A DNA stretch of 64,000 nucleotides from Armatimonadota bacterium (GTDB lineage Bacteria > Armatimonadota > UBA5829 > DSUL01). The DNA lies in the NCBI GenBank assembly GCA_039811685.1, contig JBDHZC010000003.1, positions 1 through 64,000 of the forward strand, read 5' to 3'. The notes below the pieces were generated by a model. The model saw only the letters and a list, made by a program, of their open reading frames with translations, had not been told where the DNA came from and did no database searches. Numbering within the stretch: the stretch's first letter is position 1; each line of letters starts with the position of its first letter. Positions 20,574-29,038 of the stretch are shown piece after piece. The translations under genes and the position numbers were made by a program.

Positions 20574-20722
20574 ATATTCTTGCGTGACGGGCGGTGCAGG
20601 AATAGCCAGATTGTTGACCGAAAACAACCGCGTTCGAGTTGCAGGAGTGAAACCGTGAAAAACGCCTCTGTGAAGCCTGTTCGATGGTCCGGGCGGCGCG
20701 GTTTTGCCAGGAGTATAAACGA

Positions 20723-22036
20723 ATGTCAAAGACTATAAGCCGCAGAGATTTGTTGAAAGGAACGGCTGCCGGTGGGCTGGGACTGCTCATCCTCAAGAGC
20801 AGCAAGTCAGCCTTTGCCTACGAAGCCAACGAGAAGCTGAACGTCGCCATAATTGGCTGTGGCGGGCGCGGCGGTGGCAACCTGCATGGCATTGGGGCGA
20901 CTGAAAACATCGTCGCTCTTTGCGATGTTGACGCAAACGCCATCGCAGCAGCGGCAAAAGACTTCCCCAAAGCCAAGCACTATACAGACTTCCGGAAGAT
21001 GCTGGAGGAGATGGGATCCCAGATAGACGCGGTCGCTGTCTCTACTCCCGACCACACGCATGCCGTAGCGGCCGTTATGGCCATGAAAATGGGGAAACAC
21101 TGTTACTGCGAGAAACCCCTGACCTATTCAATCTGGGAGGCCCGCGTTATGCGCGATACGGCGCGCAAGCACAAAGTCGCGACACAGATGGGCAATCAGG
21201 GAACTGCGGCCGATGGATTCCGTGAAACAGTTGAGGTTGTTCGCTCAGGCGCTATTGGGCAGGTGTATCAGGTACTGGTCTGGTCAAATCGCCCGATCTG
21301 GCCACAGGGGATGCAGGCGCCCACAGACACCCCTCCAGTTCCCAAAGAGCTGGCGTGGGACGACTGGCTTGGACCCGCGGCGGCGCGGCCGTACAGTCCG
21401 GCGTACCTGCCGTTTGTCTGGCGCGGGTGGATAGATTTCGGCACCGGCGCGCTCGGCGATATGGGTTGCCACACCGTCAATATGCCATTCATGTCCCTCA
21501 ATCTGCGCAACCCCATTTCCGTCACCGCCAAAGCCATAGACAAGACAGACGTCGCTTACCCCAAGCAGAGCATTGTCGAGTGGTCTTTCCCACAGAGAGG
21601 AGATCTGCGAGCTGCGAAAATGACGTGGTACGACGGAGGCCTGAAGCCGGATAAGAACGTCCTGGACGGACGCGATCTGCCCGGAAGCGGTGTTCTGCTT
21701 TTAGGGGAGAAGGGCAAGCTTTTCTCGCCAGATGACTATGGCTCCAGCTATGAGCTTCTACCAAAAGAGCAGTTCAAGGACTTCAAAAAGCCGCCGCAGA
21801 GTCTTCCGCGCTCCCCGGGCCACTACGCTGAGTGGATTCGCGCGTGCAAGGGTGGCGAGCCAGCGATGTCCAACTTCGACTACGCCTCTGCGCTCACGGA
21901 GACAATTCTGCTCGGCAATCTCGCTATCGTGACTGGCAAACCTATCTACTGGGATGCAGAGAATATGCGGGCTATCGGTTGCCCGGAAGCCGACCCTCAT
22001 ATCCATCCCACATTTCGCAGGGGCTGGTCTTTGTGA
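20723..22036 (+). CDS. Tat-exported Gfo/Idh/MocA family oxidoreductase
   Basis: SRRDLLK Tat motif; GCGGRG, STPDHTH, CEKP, GDMGCH. Confidence 0.93.
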   Translation: MSKTISRRDLLKGTAAGGLGLLILKSSKSAFAYEANEKLNVAIIGCGGRGGGNLHGIGATENIVALCDVDANAIAAAAKDFPKAKHYTDFRKMLEEMGSQIDAVAVSTPDHTHAVAAVMAMKMGKHCYCEKPLTYSIWEARVMRDTARKHKVATQMGNQGTAADGFRETVEVVRSGAIGQVYQVLVWSNRPIWPQGMQAPTDTPPVPKELAWDDWLGPAAARPYSPAYLPFVWRGWIDFGTGALGDMGCHTVNMPFMSLNLRNPISVTAKAIDKTDVAYPKQSIVEWSFPQRGDLRAAKMTWYDGGLKPDKNVLDGRDLPGSGVLLLGEKGKLFSPDDYGSSYELLPKEQFKDFKKPPQSLPRSPGHYAEWIRACKGGEPAMSNFDYASALTETILLGNLAIVTGKPIYWDAENMRAIGCPEADPHIHPTFRRGWSL

Positions 22037-22068
22037 GAGCCTGAACTGTCTTACTCTGTGCGTCTGCA

Positions 22069-22101
22069 AGCCCGGAGCAAAACGCTCCGGGCTGTTTCTT
22101 T
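22069..22101 (+). terminator. Intrinsic terminator
   Basis: AGCCCGGAGC/GCTCCGGGCT stem with T-rich tail. Confidence 0.7.
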
Positions 22102-22208
22102 CCTGCAGAGCTGTCTCACCAACAAGGCCCAAATCAGGAATGCGACACCGAACACTTGGTCAGGCCACAAAGGACAAGTGGCGCCTGTGCGCGAATACTT
22201 CCGAAGCC

Positions 22209-22694
22209 ATGCGGCTCACAGTCATCGCTTTTGGCAAACTACGGATATCCGGGATGCGGCATGTCGCTGACCACTATCTGGCCGGCCTCCGGCGGTGGAC
22301 ATCGCTGGAGGAGATTGAACTCAAGGCACTCGCCGTTCCGGACAAGTCTGCGGAGACGCGCCGGATGGTGCAGGAGCGTGAAGCGGAGCTACTACTGGAG
22401 CATGTGGAGAAGCGAAAGGCGCGCCTGTTTCTGCTCAGTGAAGATGGCCGGGCCATGACCAGTCGCCAGTGGGCTGCGATGCTTCAAGACATGGAGCACA
22501 GCGGGGTGAATGAAGCTGTATTTGCCATTGGCGGCAGTCTCGGTTTTTCTGATCGCGTACGCAAGCGCTCGCACGCCGTGTTGAGTTTTGGCCCGCAGAC
22601 TCTGCCGCACGAGATGGCGCGCGTTGTCCTTTTCGAGCAGCTCTTCCGCGCCTGGAGTATCATCAAGAACCATCCATATCACAACGAAGGTTGA
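22209..22694 (+). CDS. rlmH: 23S rRNA (pseudouridine1915-N3)-methyltransferase
   Basis: FAIGGSLG, TLPHEMARVVLFEQLFRAWSI...HPYH SPOUT motifs. Confidence 0.95.
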   Translation: MRLTVIAFGKLRISGMRHVADHYLAGLRRWTSLEEIELKALAVPDKSAETRRMVQEREAELLLEHVEKRKARLFLLSEDGRAMTSRQWAAMLQDMEHSGVNEAVFAIGGSLGFSDRVRKRSHAVLSFGPQTLPHEMARVVLFEQLFRAWSIIKNHPYHNEG

Positions 22695-22732
22695 TCGCTC
22701 GGAGCGAGCGCCAACCGCTGGAAAAGAACGCA

Positions 22733-23188
22733 ATGACTATACGCCAACTCAGAGAGACAGATCAGAGTGAGTGGATTCGCCTGAAAACCGCAATGTGGCC
22801 GGATGCGGATCCCGAAGAGCTGGAAGAGGAGCTGCCAGCCTATCTGGAGAGCGGGGACGCGAGGTTGTATGCGCTGGTGGCGGAACGGGACAGCGAGGGT
22901 CTTGCGGCGCTTATCGAGCTGTCTCTGCGGACTCAGGCAGAGGGATGTCTGTCCAGTCCCGTAGCGTATGTCGAAAGCTGGTATGTGGATGAGGATGTGC
23001 GACGGCAAGGGCTGGCGCGCGAGCTACTGGCTGCGGCGGCAGACTGGGCGCGACACCGCGGCTGTGCGGAGATCGCCTCAAGCTGCGTGGTTGACAACGA
23101 TACAGCCGCCGAGGTTCACGAGAAGCTGGGCTTCGAAGAAGTGGACCGTCTGATTCACTTCGTTTACGAACTGGCGGCCGAAGGCTAG
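22733..23188 (+). CDS. GNAT acetyltransferase, AAC(6')-I-like
   Basis: WIRLKTAMWP, AEGC.SSPVAYVESWYV, RRQGLA, EIASS, HEKLGFEE. Confidence 0.8.
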   Translation: MTIRQLRETDQSEWIRLKTAMWPDADPEELEEELPAYLESGDARLYALVAERDSEGLAALIELSLRTQAEGCLSSPVAYVESWYVDEDVRRQGLARELLAAAADWARHRGCAEIASSCVVDNDTAAEVHEKLGFEEVDRLIHFVYELAAEG

Positions 23189-23700
23189 CTCTGCGATTCA
23201 CCCGCTAACGCTTTGAGCTTGCGGGAGTTGGCGTGACAGATGGCGATGGCGCAGGCATCCGCAACATCGTCAGGTTTGGGCGCTTTGTCCAGCTTCAGAA
23301 TCCGCGTGACCATGTACTGGACCTGCTGCTTTTCAGCGTTGCCCTCGCCGACAACCGCCATCTTCACCTGAGGCGGAGTGTATTCCACTGCGGGGATCTC
23401 AGACTGCGCTGCCGCCAGCAAAATGACACCTACCGCCTGCCCGACCTTCAGCGCCGTCGTCTGATTCTTCGCGAAAAACAAGCGCTCAAGGGCCATAACG
23501 TCCGGCTTCCACGCCTGAATAAGCTCTTCCACTCCTTCATGGATCTGGCGCAGACGCTGTGAAGCAATCTCATCTTTGCTCGTCCTGAGCGCTCCGCAAT
23601 CGGCCAGCTTCACACGGTCGCCCCTGGCGTGCAGGACGGCCCAGCCAACAGTTGCCGTACCGGGATCAAAAGCTAGAATTGTCTCATAGTCCTTGTGCAC
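23185..23700 (-). CDS. ruvC: Holliday junction resolvase RuvC
   Basis: LAFDPG, ERLFFAKN, EYTPPQVK, PDDVADA. Confidence 0.97.
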   Translation of the reverse strand: MHKDYETILAFDPGTATVGWAVLHARGDRVKLADCGALRTSKDEIASQRLRQIHEGVEELIQAWKPDVMALERLFFAKNQTTALKVGQAVGVILLAAAQSEIPAVEYTPPQVKMAVVGEGNAEKQQVQYMVTRILKLDKAPKPDDVADACAIAICHANSRKLKALAGESQS

Positions 23701-23782
23701 ATCCTAAGGATTCGACACGCTCATCAGCGAATCCTCAAGAAATGCCAGCAAAGCAGCCGGCGCAGACCGTTTCGAGACACAG

Positions 23783-25306
23783 TTGCGAAAAAGACGCTCC
23801 AAAACCATAGCTCGCGTTCCCTCAGAAAGAGATGTTCCGCCGTGGATGCGTCTGTTTGGCGGGCTGCTGGTCGTGGCCTGTTCGCTGATCTGCTCTGCTC
23901 TAGCTCTGGCCGGGCGTCCGTTGACGCAGACAGCTGCCGCTGAATATGCCGTCGCGCAGGCCATCTCCTTTGGACAGATGCCCTACCGGGACGTGTTCAC
24001 TCTCCAACCACCCGGAGCAGTGCTGATGCAACGGCTGATTCTCGTGACGCTTGGTAGCTCTGCGACGGGTGTCTGGCTGTTGGACACACTGTTTTGCGCG
24101 TTGTCCTCGCTGTTGATCTTCTTTATTGCCCGCCGCTTCTGTGCAAGTACGCTGCTGGCGCTGGTTGCTGGCCTGTCGTATCCGCTGCTGTACTACAGCC
24201 TGGGTCATGAGACTCCTGGACTGCCTCAGGGGTGGTCGGTCGTCTGCTGGCTGGCGTCGCTCCATCTTGTGACCGTCTCTGCCAAAGGCCGCCTCGCTCC
24301 AAGGGTAGCGCTTGCCGGTGCGCTCTGCGGCATCGCGGTATCACTGGACCCGGTTGCTGCTCTGATTTTTCCCGTGATACTCATCAGCCTCTATCTACAG
24401 TGCTCTGCCGTGCAGCGGACAGGCTATCTGAGTCTGTTCACAGGCACCGCAATTGTCTTCGCTCTGGCGCCAGTTGCGTGGTTGGTGTCCATTCACGTCT
24501 TTCCGGAGGCCAGAGAAATGCTTCTCGGGTGGCGATTGAACTCTTCTTCTCGTCAATTTTTGGCCCAAATCCAGCGCCCAGTGGACGCGGGACAGAATCT
24601 GCTGGAGTCCGCGTGGGCTCACTTTGGATGGACTCTGCCTGGCGCAGTTGCTGCCACAGCTGGTCTTATTGCGCTGCACAGAAGGCGCTACGGGGATGTC
24701 GGCAAGCTTGTGTGGCTGTGGCTGCTCTTGAGTGCTCTGGCCGCATTTTTTGGCGGAGAAGCGCAAGCTCAGCGCTGGACAGTTTTTTTGCCCGCATGGT
24801 GTCTTCTGGGCGCAGCGGGCTATGAGCTGATGTATCGCCGGAGCACGGTGTTGGCATGGCGTCGGTTTGCGACACTCCTGTTGCTGGTGGGTTTTGTCAC
24901 CGGCCTCAGCAGTATTCGCAAAAATGCGAGACTCACGCCAGTAGAGCAGACACTCCAGTCCGCTGTACTTCCACTTTCTGCTTTTGTAAGAGGAAATACT
25001 GTGCCCGGTAGCCGGGTCCTGGTGTGGGGCCTTGCTCCTCAGATTTATCTGTCGATAGACAGACCTGTGGGAGCGGGAATGGTCTGTGCGCAGGATGTCG
25101 CTCGCAGCAAAGAAGCGCTCGACTTTTTCCTGCGGCAGTTTCGGGCTCACCCTCCAAAAATGATCCTCCTCCGACGGCCCGATCCTGGAGACACCTACTC
25201 AGCGCCCTATTTGCCGCCACAGTTGAGACAGTTGGATGAGTTCGTGAGTCAGGGCTACGTATTGGTGGACAAGATCAACGGGTATGAAGTCTTTGTGAGA
25301 AGTTGA
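23783..25306 (+). CDS. Polytopic membrane protein, GT-C/family 39 (ArnT/PMT)-like glycosyltransferase
   Basis: About 10+ TM segments; GQMPYRDVF..QPPG loop; C-terminal extracytoplasmic domain; paralog of 60686-62278. Confidence 0.65.
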   Translation: MRKRRSKTIARVPSERDVPPWMRLFGGLLVVACSLICSALALAGRPLTQTAAAEYAVAQAISFGQMPYRDVFTLQPPGAVLMQRLILVTLGSSATGVWLLDTLFCALSSLLIFFIARRFCASTLLALVAGLSYPLLYYSLGHETPGLPQGWSVVCWLASLHLVTVSAKGRLAPRVALAGALCGIAVSLDPVAALIFPVILISLYLQCSAVQRTGYLSLFTGTAIVFALAPVAWLVSIHVFPEAREMLLGWRLNSSSRQFLAQIQRPVDAGQNLLESAWAHFGWTLPGAVAATAGLIALHRRRYGDVGKLVWLWLLLSALAAFFGGEAQAQRWTVFLPAWCLLGAAGYELMYRRSTVLAWRRFATLLLLVGFVTGLSSIRKNARLTPVEQTLQSAVLPLSAFVRGNTVPGSRVLVWGLAPQIYLSIDRPVGAGMVCAQDVARSKEALDFFLRQFRAHPPKMILLRRPDPGDTYSAPYLPPQLRQLDEFVSQGYVLVDKINGYEVFVRS

Positions 25307-25407
25307 TATGTTAAGTGTATAACCGGAGGCAATTGACCCTCAGTTGTGCGTGTGATATGCTCAAAAGAGCACAGTGAATTTACTTTTGTCCCGCGAGAGT
25401 CATTCAA

Positions 25408-25941
25408 ATGGCTGTACAAGTCAAAGCTATCCCTAAAATCTTTATCACGCCCATGTGTCACGGGGATATCCCTGCTGTCATGGTGATTGAACGCCAGTGT
25501 TTCACGACTCCGTGGAGCGAAAACGCCTATCGCACAGAACTTTCCAATCAGTGCGCGGAGTACTACGTTGCGTGGATGGATGGGCAGCTTGTCGGCTACA
25601 TCGGCATGTGGCTGGTTATGGATGAAGTGCACGTGACGACGCTGGGGGTTGCTGAACAGCGCCGCGGCATGCGCATCGGGGAGCGGCTTCTGGTCAGAGT
25701 GCTGGATGCGGCGCGGGAGCGCGAGGCGCAGAGGGTGACTCTCGAAGTTCGCAAGTCCAATGACGTTGCGCGTTCTCTGTACAAGAAGTACGGCTTCCGG
25801 GAAGCGGCTATCCGGAAGGGGTATTATTCCGATAACCAGGAGGACGCAATTATCATGTGGGTGGACGATCTCTGGGCGCCGGAGTTTTCAGATCTCTTTG
25901 AGGCGCACAGAGATGCTCTGAGCCAGATGGAAGAATACTAG
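25408..25941 (+). CDS. rimI: Ribosomal protein alanine N-acetyltransferase RimI
   Basis: F..PWS, TLEVRKSN, LYKKYGF...RKGYYSDNQEDAIIM; adjacent to tsaD. Confidence 0.9.
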   Translation: MAVQVKAIPKIFITPMCHGDIPAVMVIERQCFTTPWSENAYRTELSNQCAEYYVAWMDGQLVGYIGMWLVMDEVHVTTLGVAEQRRGMRIGERLLVRVLDAAREREAQRVTLEVRKSNDVARSLYKKYGFREAAIRKGYYSDNQEDAIIMWVDDLWAPEFSDLFEAHRDALSQMEEY

Positions 25942-25947
25942 CGCAGC

Positions 25948-26982
25948 TTGCTGATTCTCGGAATAGAGACAAGCTGCGATGACACCTGCGCTGCAGTTGT
26001 GCAGGCGCAAAGCGCAACCGATCCTAATCTGACCGCGCTCTCCAATGTCATCGCCTCTCAGGATCACCTCCACCAGAAGTTTGGTGGTGTCGTGCCAGAG
26101 ATTGCGTGCCGCCGGCATGTCGAATCTCTGCAGCCCACCATCCGCGAAGCGCTGTCGCGTGCGGAATGTGATCTAAGCCGCATTGACGCCATTGCCGTCA
26201 CCAACCGCCCGGGACTTATCGGAGCTTTGATCGTGGGAGTGTCAGCCGCCAAGGCTATGGCGCTTGCTCTGGGTAAGCCTTTGCTGGGAGTCCACCATAT
26301 GGAGTCCCACATCTGGGCAAACTTCCTTGCCGAGCCAGCGCTGCAGTTCCCGTTCGTGTGCCTGATTGTCTCCGGCGGACATACGGACCTTTTTCTGTGC
26401 AGGAAGCCAGGGGACTACGAGATTCTCGCCCGGACGGTGGATGACGCTGCGGGAGAGTGTTTCGACAAGTGCGCCAGAGCGCTCGGATTGGGCTGGCCTG
26501 GCGGTCCGGCCGTGGATCGCCTGGCGCGTGATGGGGACGCCTCAAAAGTGCGTTTTCCCCGCGCCAGAGTTGGAGATTCGCTCAATTTCAGCTTCAGCGG
26601 CCTCAAAACGGCGGTTCTGCGCTACATCGAGAGCCGTCCTGCAGGTGTCGCTGATGCGGATATCGCCGCTTCATTGCAGGATGCGATCGTCTCCGTGCTG
26701 GTGGCTCACACGCTGCGTGCTGCCAGAGCCTGCAGTGTCGGCTGGATCGCGGTCGGGGGTGGTGTAGCCGCCAACAGCCTCCTTCAGTCGCGTTTCCGCC
26801 AGGCTGCTTCGCAGGATGGTCTTTCTCTGGCTATCCCCAGGCCGCGACTGTGCACAGACAACGCGGCCATGGTAGCCGCCGCCGCCAGCTACCGCGCGCT
26901 GGCTGGCGATTTCGACAATCTGGAGCTGGATGCCCGGGCGACGGATGCGCTGGCGCCGGTGCGCACTCTTCAACGCATCTAG
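25948..26982 (+). CDS. tsaD: t6A synthase TsaD
   Basis: LGIETSCDD, GGVVPE, HHMESH, VSGGHT, DDAAGECFDK, FSFSGLKT, CTDNAAM. Confidence 0.98.
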   Translation: MLILGIETSCDDTCAAVVQAQSATDPNLTALSNVIASQDHLHQKFGGVVPEIACRRHVESLQPTIREALSRAECDLSRIDAIAVTNRPGLIGALIVGVSAAKAMALALGKPLLGVHHMESHIWANFLAEPALQFPFVCLIVSGGHTDLFLCRKPGDYEILARTVDDAAGECFDKCARALGLGWPGGPAVDRLARDGDASKVRFPRARVGDSLNFSFSGLKTAVLRYIESRPAGVADADIAASLQDAIVSVLVAHTLRAARACSVGWIAVGGGVAANSLLQSRFRQAASQDGLSLAIPRPRLCTDNAAMVAAAASYRALAGDFDNLELDARATDALAPVRTLQRI

Positions 26983-27185
26983 AGCCTTGTGTCTAAATTA
27001 GTAGAAGTATTTTACTAAATCATATACTTGGCAGAGGCTGGCGTTCAGGCTACTCCGATATCTACTCCAACCGGGGCAGGCGTTGAAGGCATGCTGAGAG
27101 GGTGTGGCGAAGGAGTTGGAACTATGGCTGATGTGATCCTCACTCTCAAGTCTGCTCCTGCTTCTTTCCATGCGGGAGGGGCGCA

Positions 27186-27824
27186 TTGAATCCGCTGCAA
27201 CTGATTCCGGAAGCCGAGCGCCGTGCGCGACTGCTGGAGATAATCCGCGACGAAGCCTACATGGAGGGTGACTTTGTGTTGTCCAGCGGCGCTCACTCCA
27301 CCTTCTATCTGGACTGCCGTCGCGTGACTCTACATCCTGTAGGCGCGCTGCTTATTGGTGGCTTCGTTCTCGCGCACGCAAAATCACTCGGTGTGACTGT
27401 CATTGGTGGCCCGACGCTGGCCGCGGACCCTATTGTCGGGGCGTCTGTCGCCCTCAGTCCTCTCTACGACTGGCCGTGCGAAGGCTTTCTTGTGCGCAAG
27501 AGTGCAAAAGAGCATGGCACTGGAAAGCTTGTCGAAGGGCGGATTGCGCAGGGCCAGCGCGTTCTGATTGTTGAGGACACCATTACTTCTGCCGGCAGTG
27601 TCCTGCGCGCCATAGACGCCGTAGAGGCTGAAGGCGCGACAGTTGCCGGTGTCTGGGGACTGGTTGATCGGCAGAGCGGTGGAAGAGAAGCTCTGGCTGA
27701 GCGCGGAGTCGACCTGCTGGCCCTTTTTTCAATCCGTGACGTACAGTTGAGCGCTTCTGCAGGTGCGGCTGCAGTGGCTTCGGAAGCTACCGCTGTAAAT
27801 GGTCTATCGGGTGAGACGTCTTGA
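27186..27824 (+). CDS. pyrE: Orotate phosphoribosyltransferase
   Basis: GDFVLSSG..S.FYLD, RKSAKEHGTG, IVEDTITSAGS PRPP loop. Confidence 0.95.
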   Translation: MNPLQLIPEAERRARLLEIIRDEAYMEGDFVLSSGAHSTFYLDCRRVTLHPVGALLIGGFVLAHAKSLGVTVIGGPTLAADPIVGASVALSPLYDWPCEGFLVRKSAKEHGTGKLVEGRIAQGQRVLIVEDTITSAGSVLRAIDAVEAEGATVAGVWGLVDRQSGGREALAERGVDLLALFSIRDVQLSASAGAAAVASEATAVNGLSGETS

Positions 27825-28486
27825 CTGAAAAGCAGTCACAGGTGCTCAAAGGTGTGATTTTCGATATGGACGGCGTCCTCGTGGACTCGGAGTGGTTCAT
27901 CGCGGAGGCCGCCATCCGGATGTTTGCCCAGCACAATGTCCGCGCAAAGCGAGAAGATTTTCTGCCGTTTGTCGGCGCCGGTGAGGATCGCTACCTGGGG
28001 GGAGTAGCCGAGCAGTACGGCGTCAAGCTCGATATGTCCGAAGCGAAGCTCCAGACATACCGCATTTATGGGGAGCTTCTTCACGGGCAGGTTGAGCCGC
28101 TCCCGGGAGCTGTGGATTTCATCGGTCGCTGTCGCGCAAGGGGGCTGAAAATTGCTGTGGCCAGCGCTGCGGACCGAATCAAGGTAGATATCAACCTGCG
28201 CGAAATCGGCCTTGATTCTCAGACGTTCGACGCCGTTGTCAGCGGTTCTGATGTCGTTCATAAGAAACCCGATCCGGAGATATTTCTGAAGGCGGCTTCC
28301 CGTCTTGGCCTCCAGCCGTCCGAGTGCCTCGTGGTAGAGGATGCGGTGAACGGTGTTGAGGCGGCGCGCCGCGGCGGCTTTCGCGCTCTGGGCATCACTA
28401 CCAGCTTCAGCGCAGAGCAGTTGCACTGGGCTACGTGGCATGCCGCTGACCTTGCCAGCGCACCGCCTGCCTGCCTCGAATGGTGA
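27821..28486 (+). CDS. HAD-IA family phosphatase
   Basis: FDMDGVLVDSE, KKPDPEIF, VVEDAVNG. Confidence 0.92.
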   Translation: MTEKQSQVLKGVIFDMDGVLVDSEWFIAEAAIRMFAQHNVRAKREDFLPFVGAGEDRYLGGVAEQYGVKLDMSEAKLQTYRIYGELLHGQVEPLPGAVDFIGRCRARGLKIAVASAADRIKVDINLREIGLDSQTFDAVVSGSDVVHKKPDPEIFLKAASRLGLQPSECLVVEDAVNGVEAARRGGFRALGITTSFSAEQLHWATWHAADLASAPPACLEW

Positions 28487-28516
28487 GGTTCTCAGCGACA
28501 GTCCGGACTCCTATTC

Positions 28517-29026
28517 TTGGATAGCTCCGAGCTTTCTGACATCTTCAATCAGCCGGCGGACGCGCTTTGGGTTGTGGCATTTTGTGGCATGCCAGGCACG
28601 GGAAAAACCTGTCAGGCAATGGCGTTGGAGAGGCGCTCGGGGGCGATCCGCCTCAGTCGCGACGATCTTCGCGTCTGCCTCTTCGCGAAGCCGGACTACT
28701 CGGACGGCGAAAAACGGCTCTGCTTTGAAATTATGCTGACGCTCGCACGCCACCACCTCAGCCTTGCGCGTAGTGTCATACTCGAGGGAATGCCTTTTTC
28801 CCGTCGCTGTGAGCGTGACGCCGTGCGCAGCCTTGCCCGGGAGCATCGTGTGCCGTTCCATCTTGTCGAGTGCGTTAGTACCGCCGAGACCGCTATCAGC
28901 CGAATAGCTGCGCAACAAGGCTCACACGTCGCTGACGACCGTGTGCCAGACCTCTACCGTCGCGTCGCTGAACGCTTCGAAGTCATCACTCCTGACGAGA
29001 ACGCTGTCATCCTGCGCACGGGCTGA
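28517..29026 (+). CDS. P-loop kinase (AAA_33-like)
   Basis: Walker A GMPGTGKT, LSRDDLR, VILEG. Confidence 0.8.
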   Translation: MDSSELSDIFNQPADALWVVAFCGMPGTGKTCQAMALERRSGAIRLSRDDLRVCLFAKPDYSDGEKRLCFEIMLTLARHHLSLARSVILEGMPFSRRCERDAVRSLAREHRVPFHLVECVSTAETAISRIAAQQGSHVADDRVPDLYRRVAERFEVITPDENAVILRTG

Positions 29027-29038
29027 ACAAAACCGATG

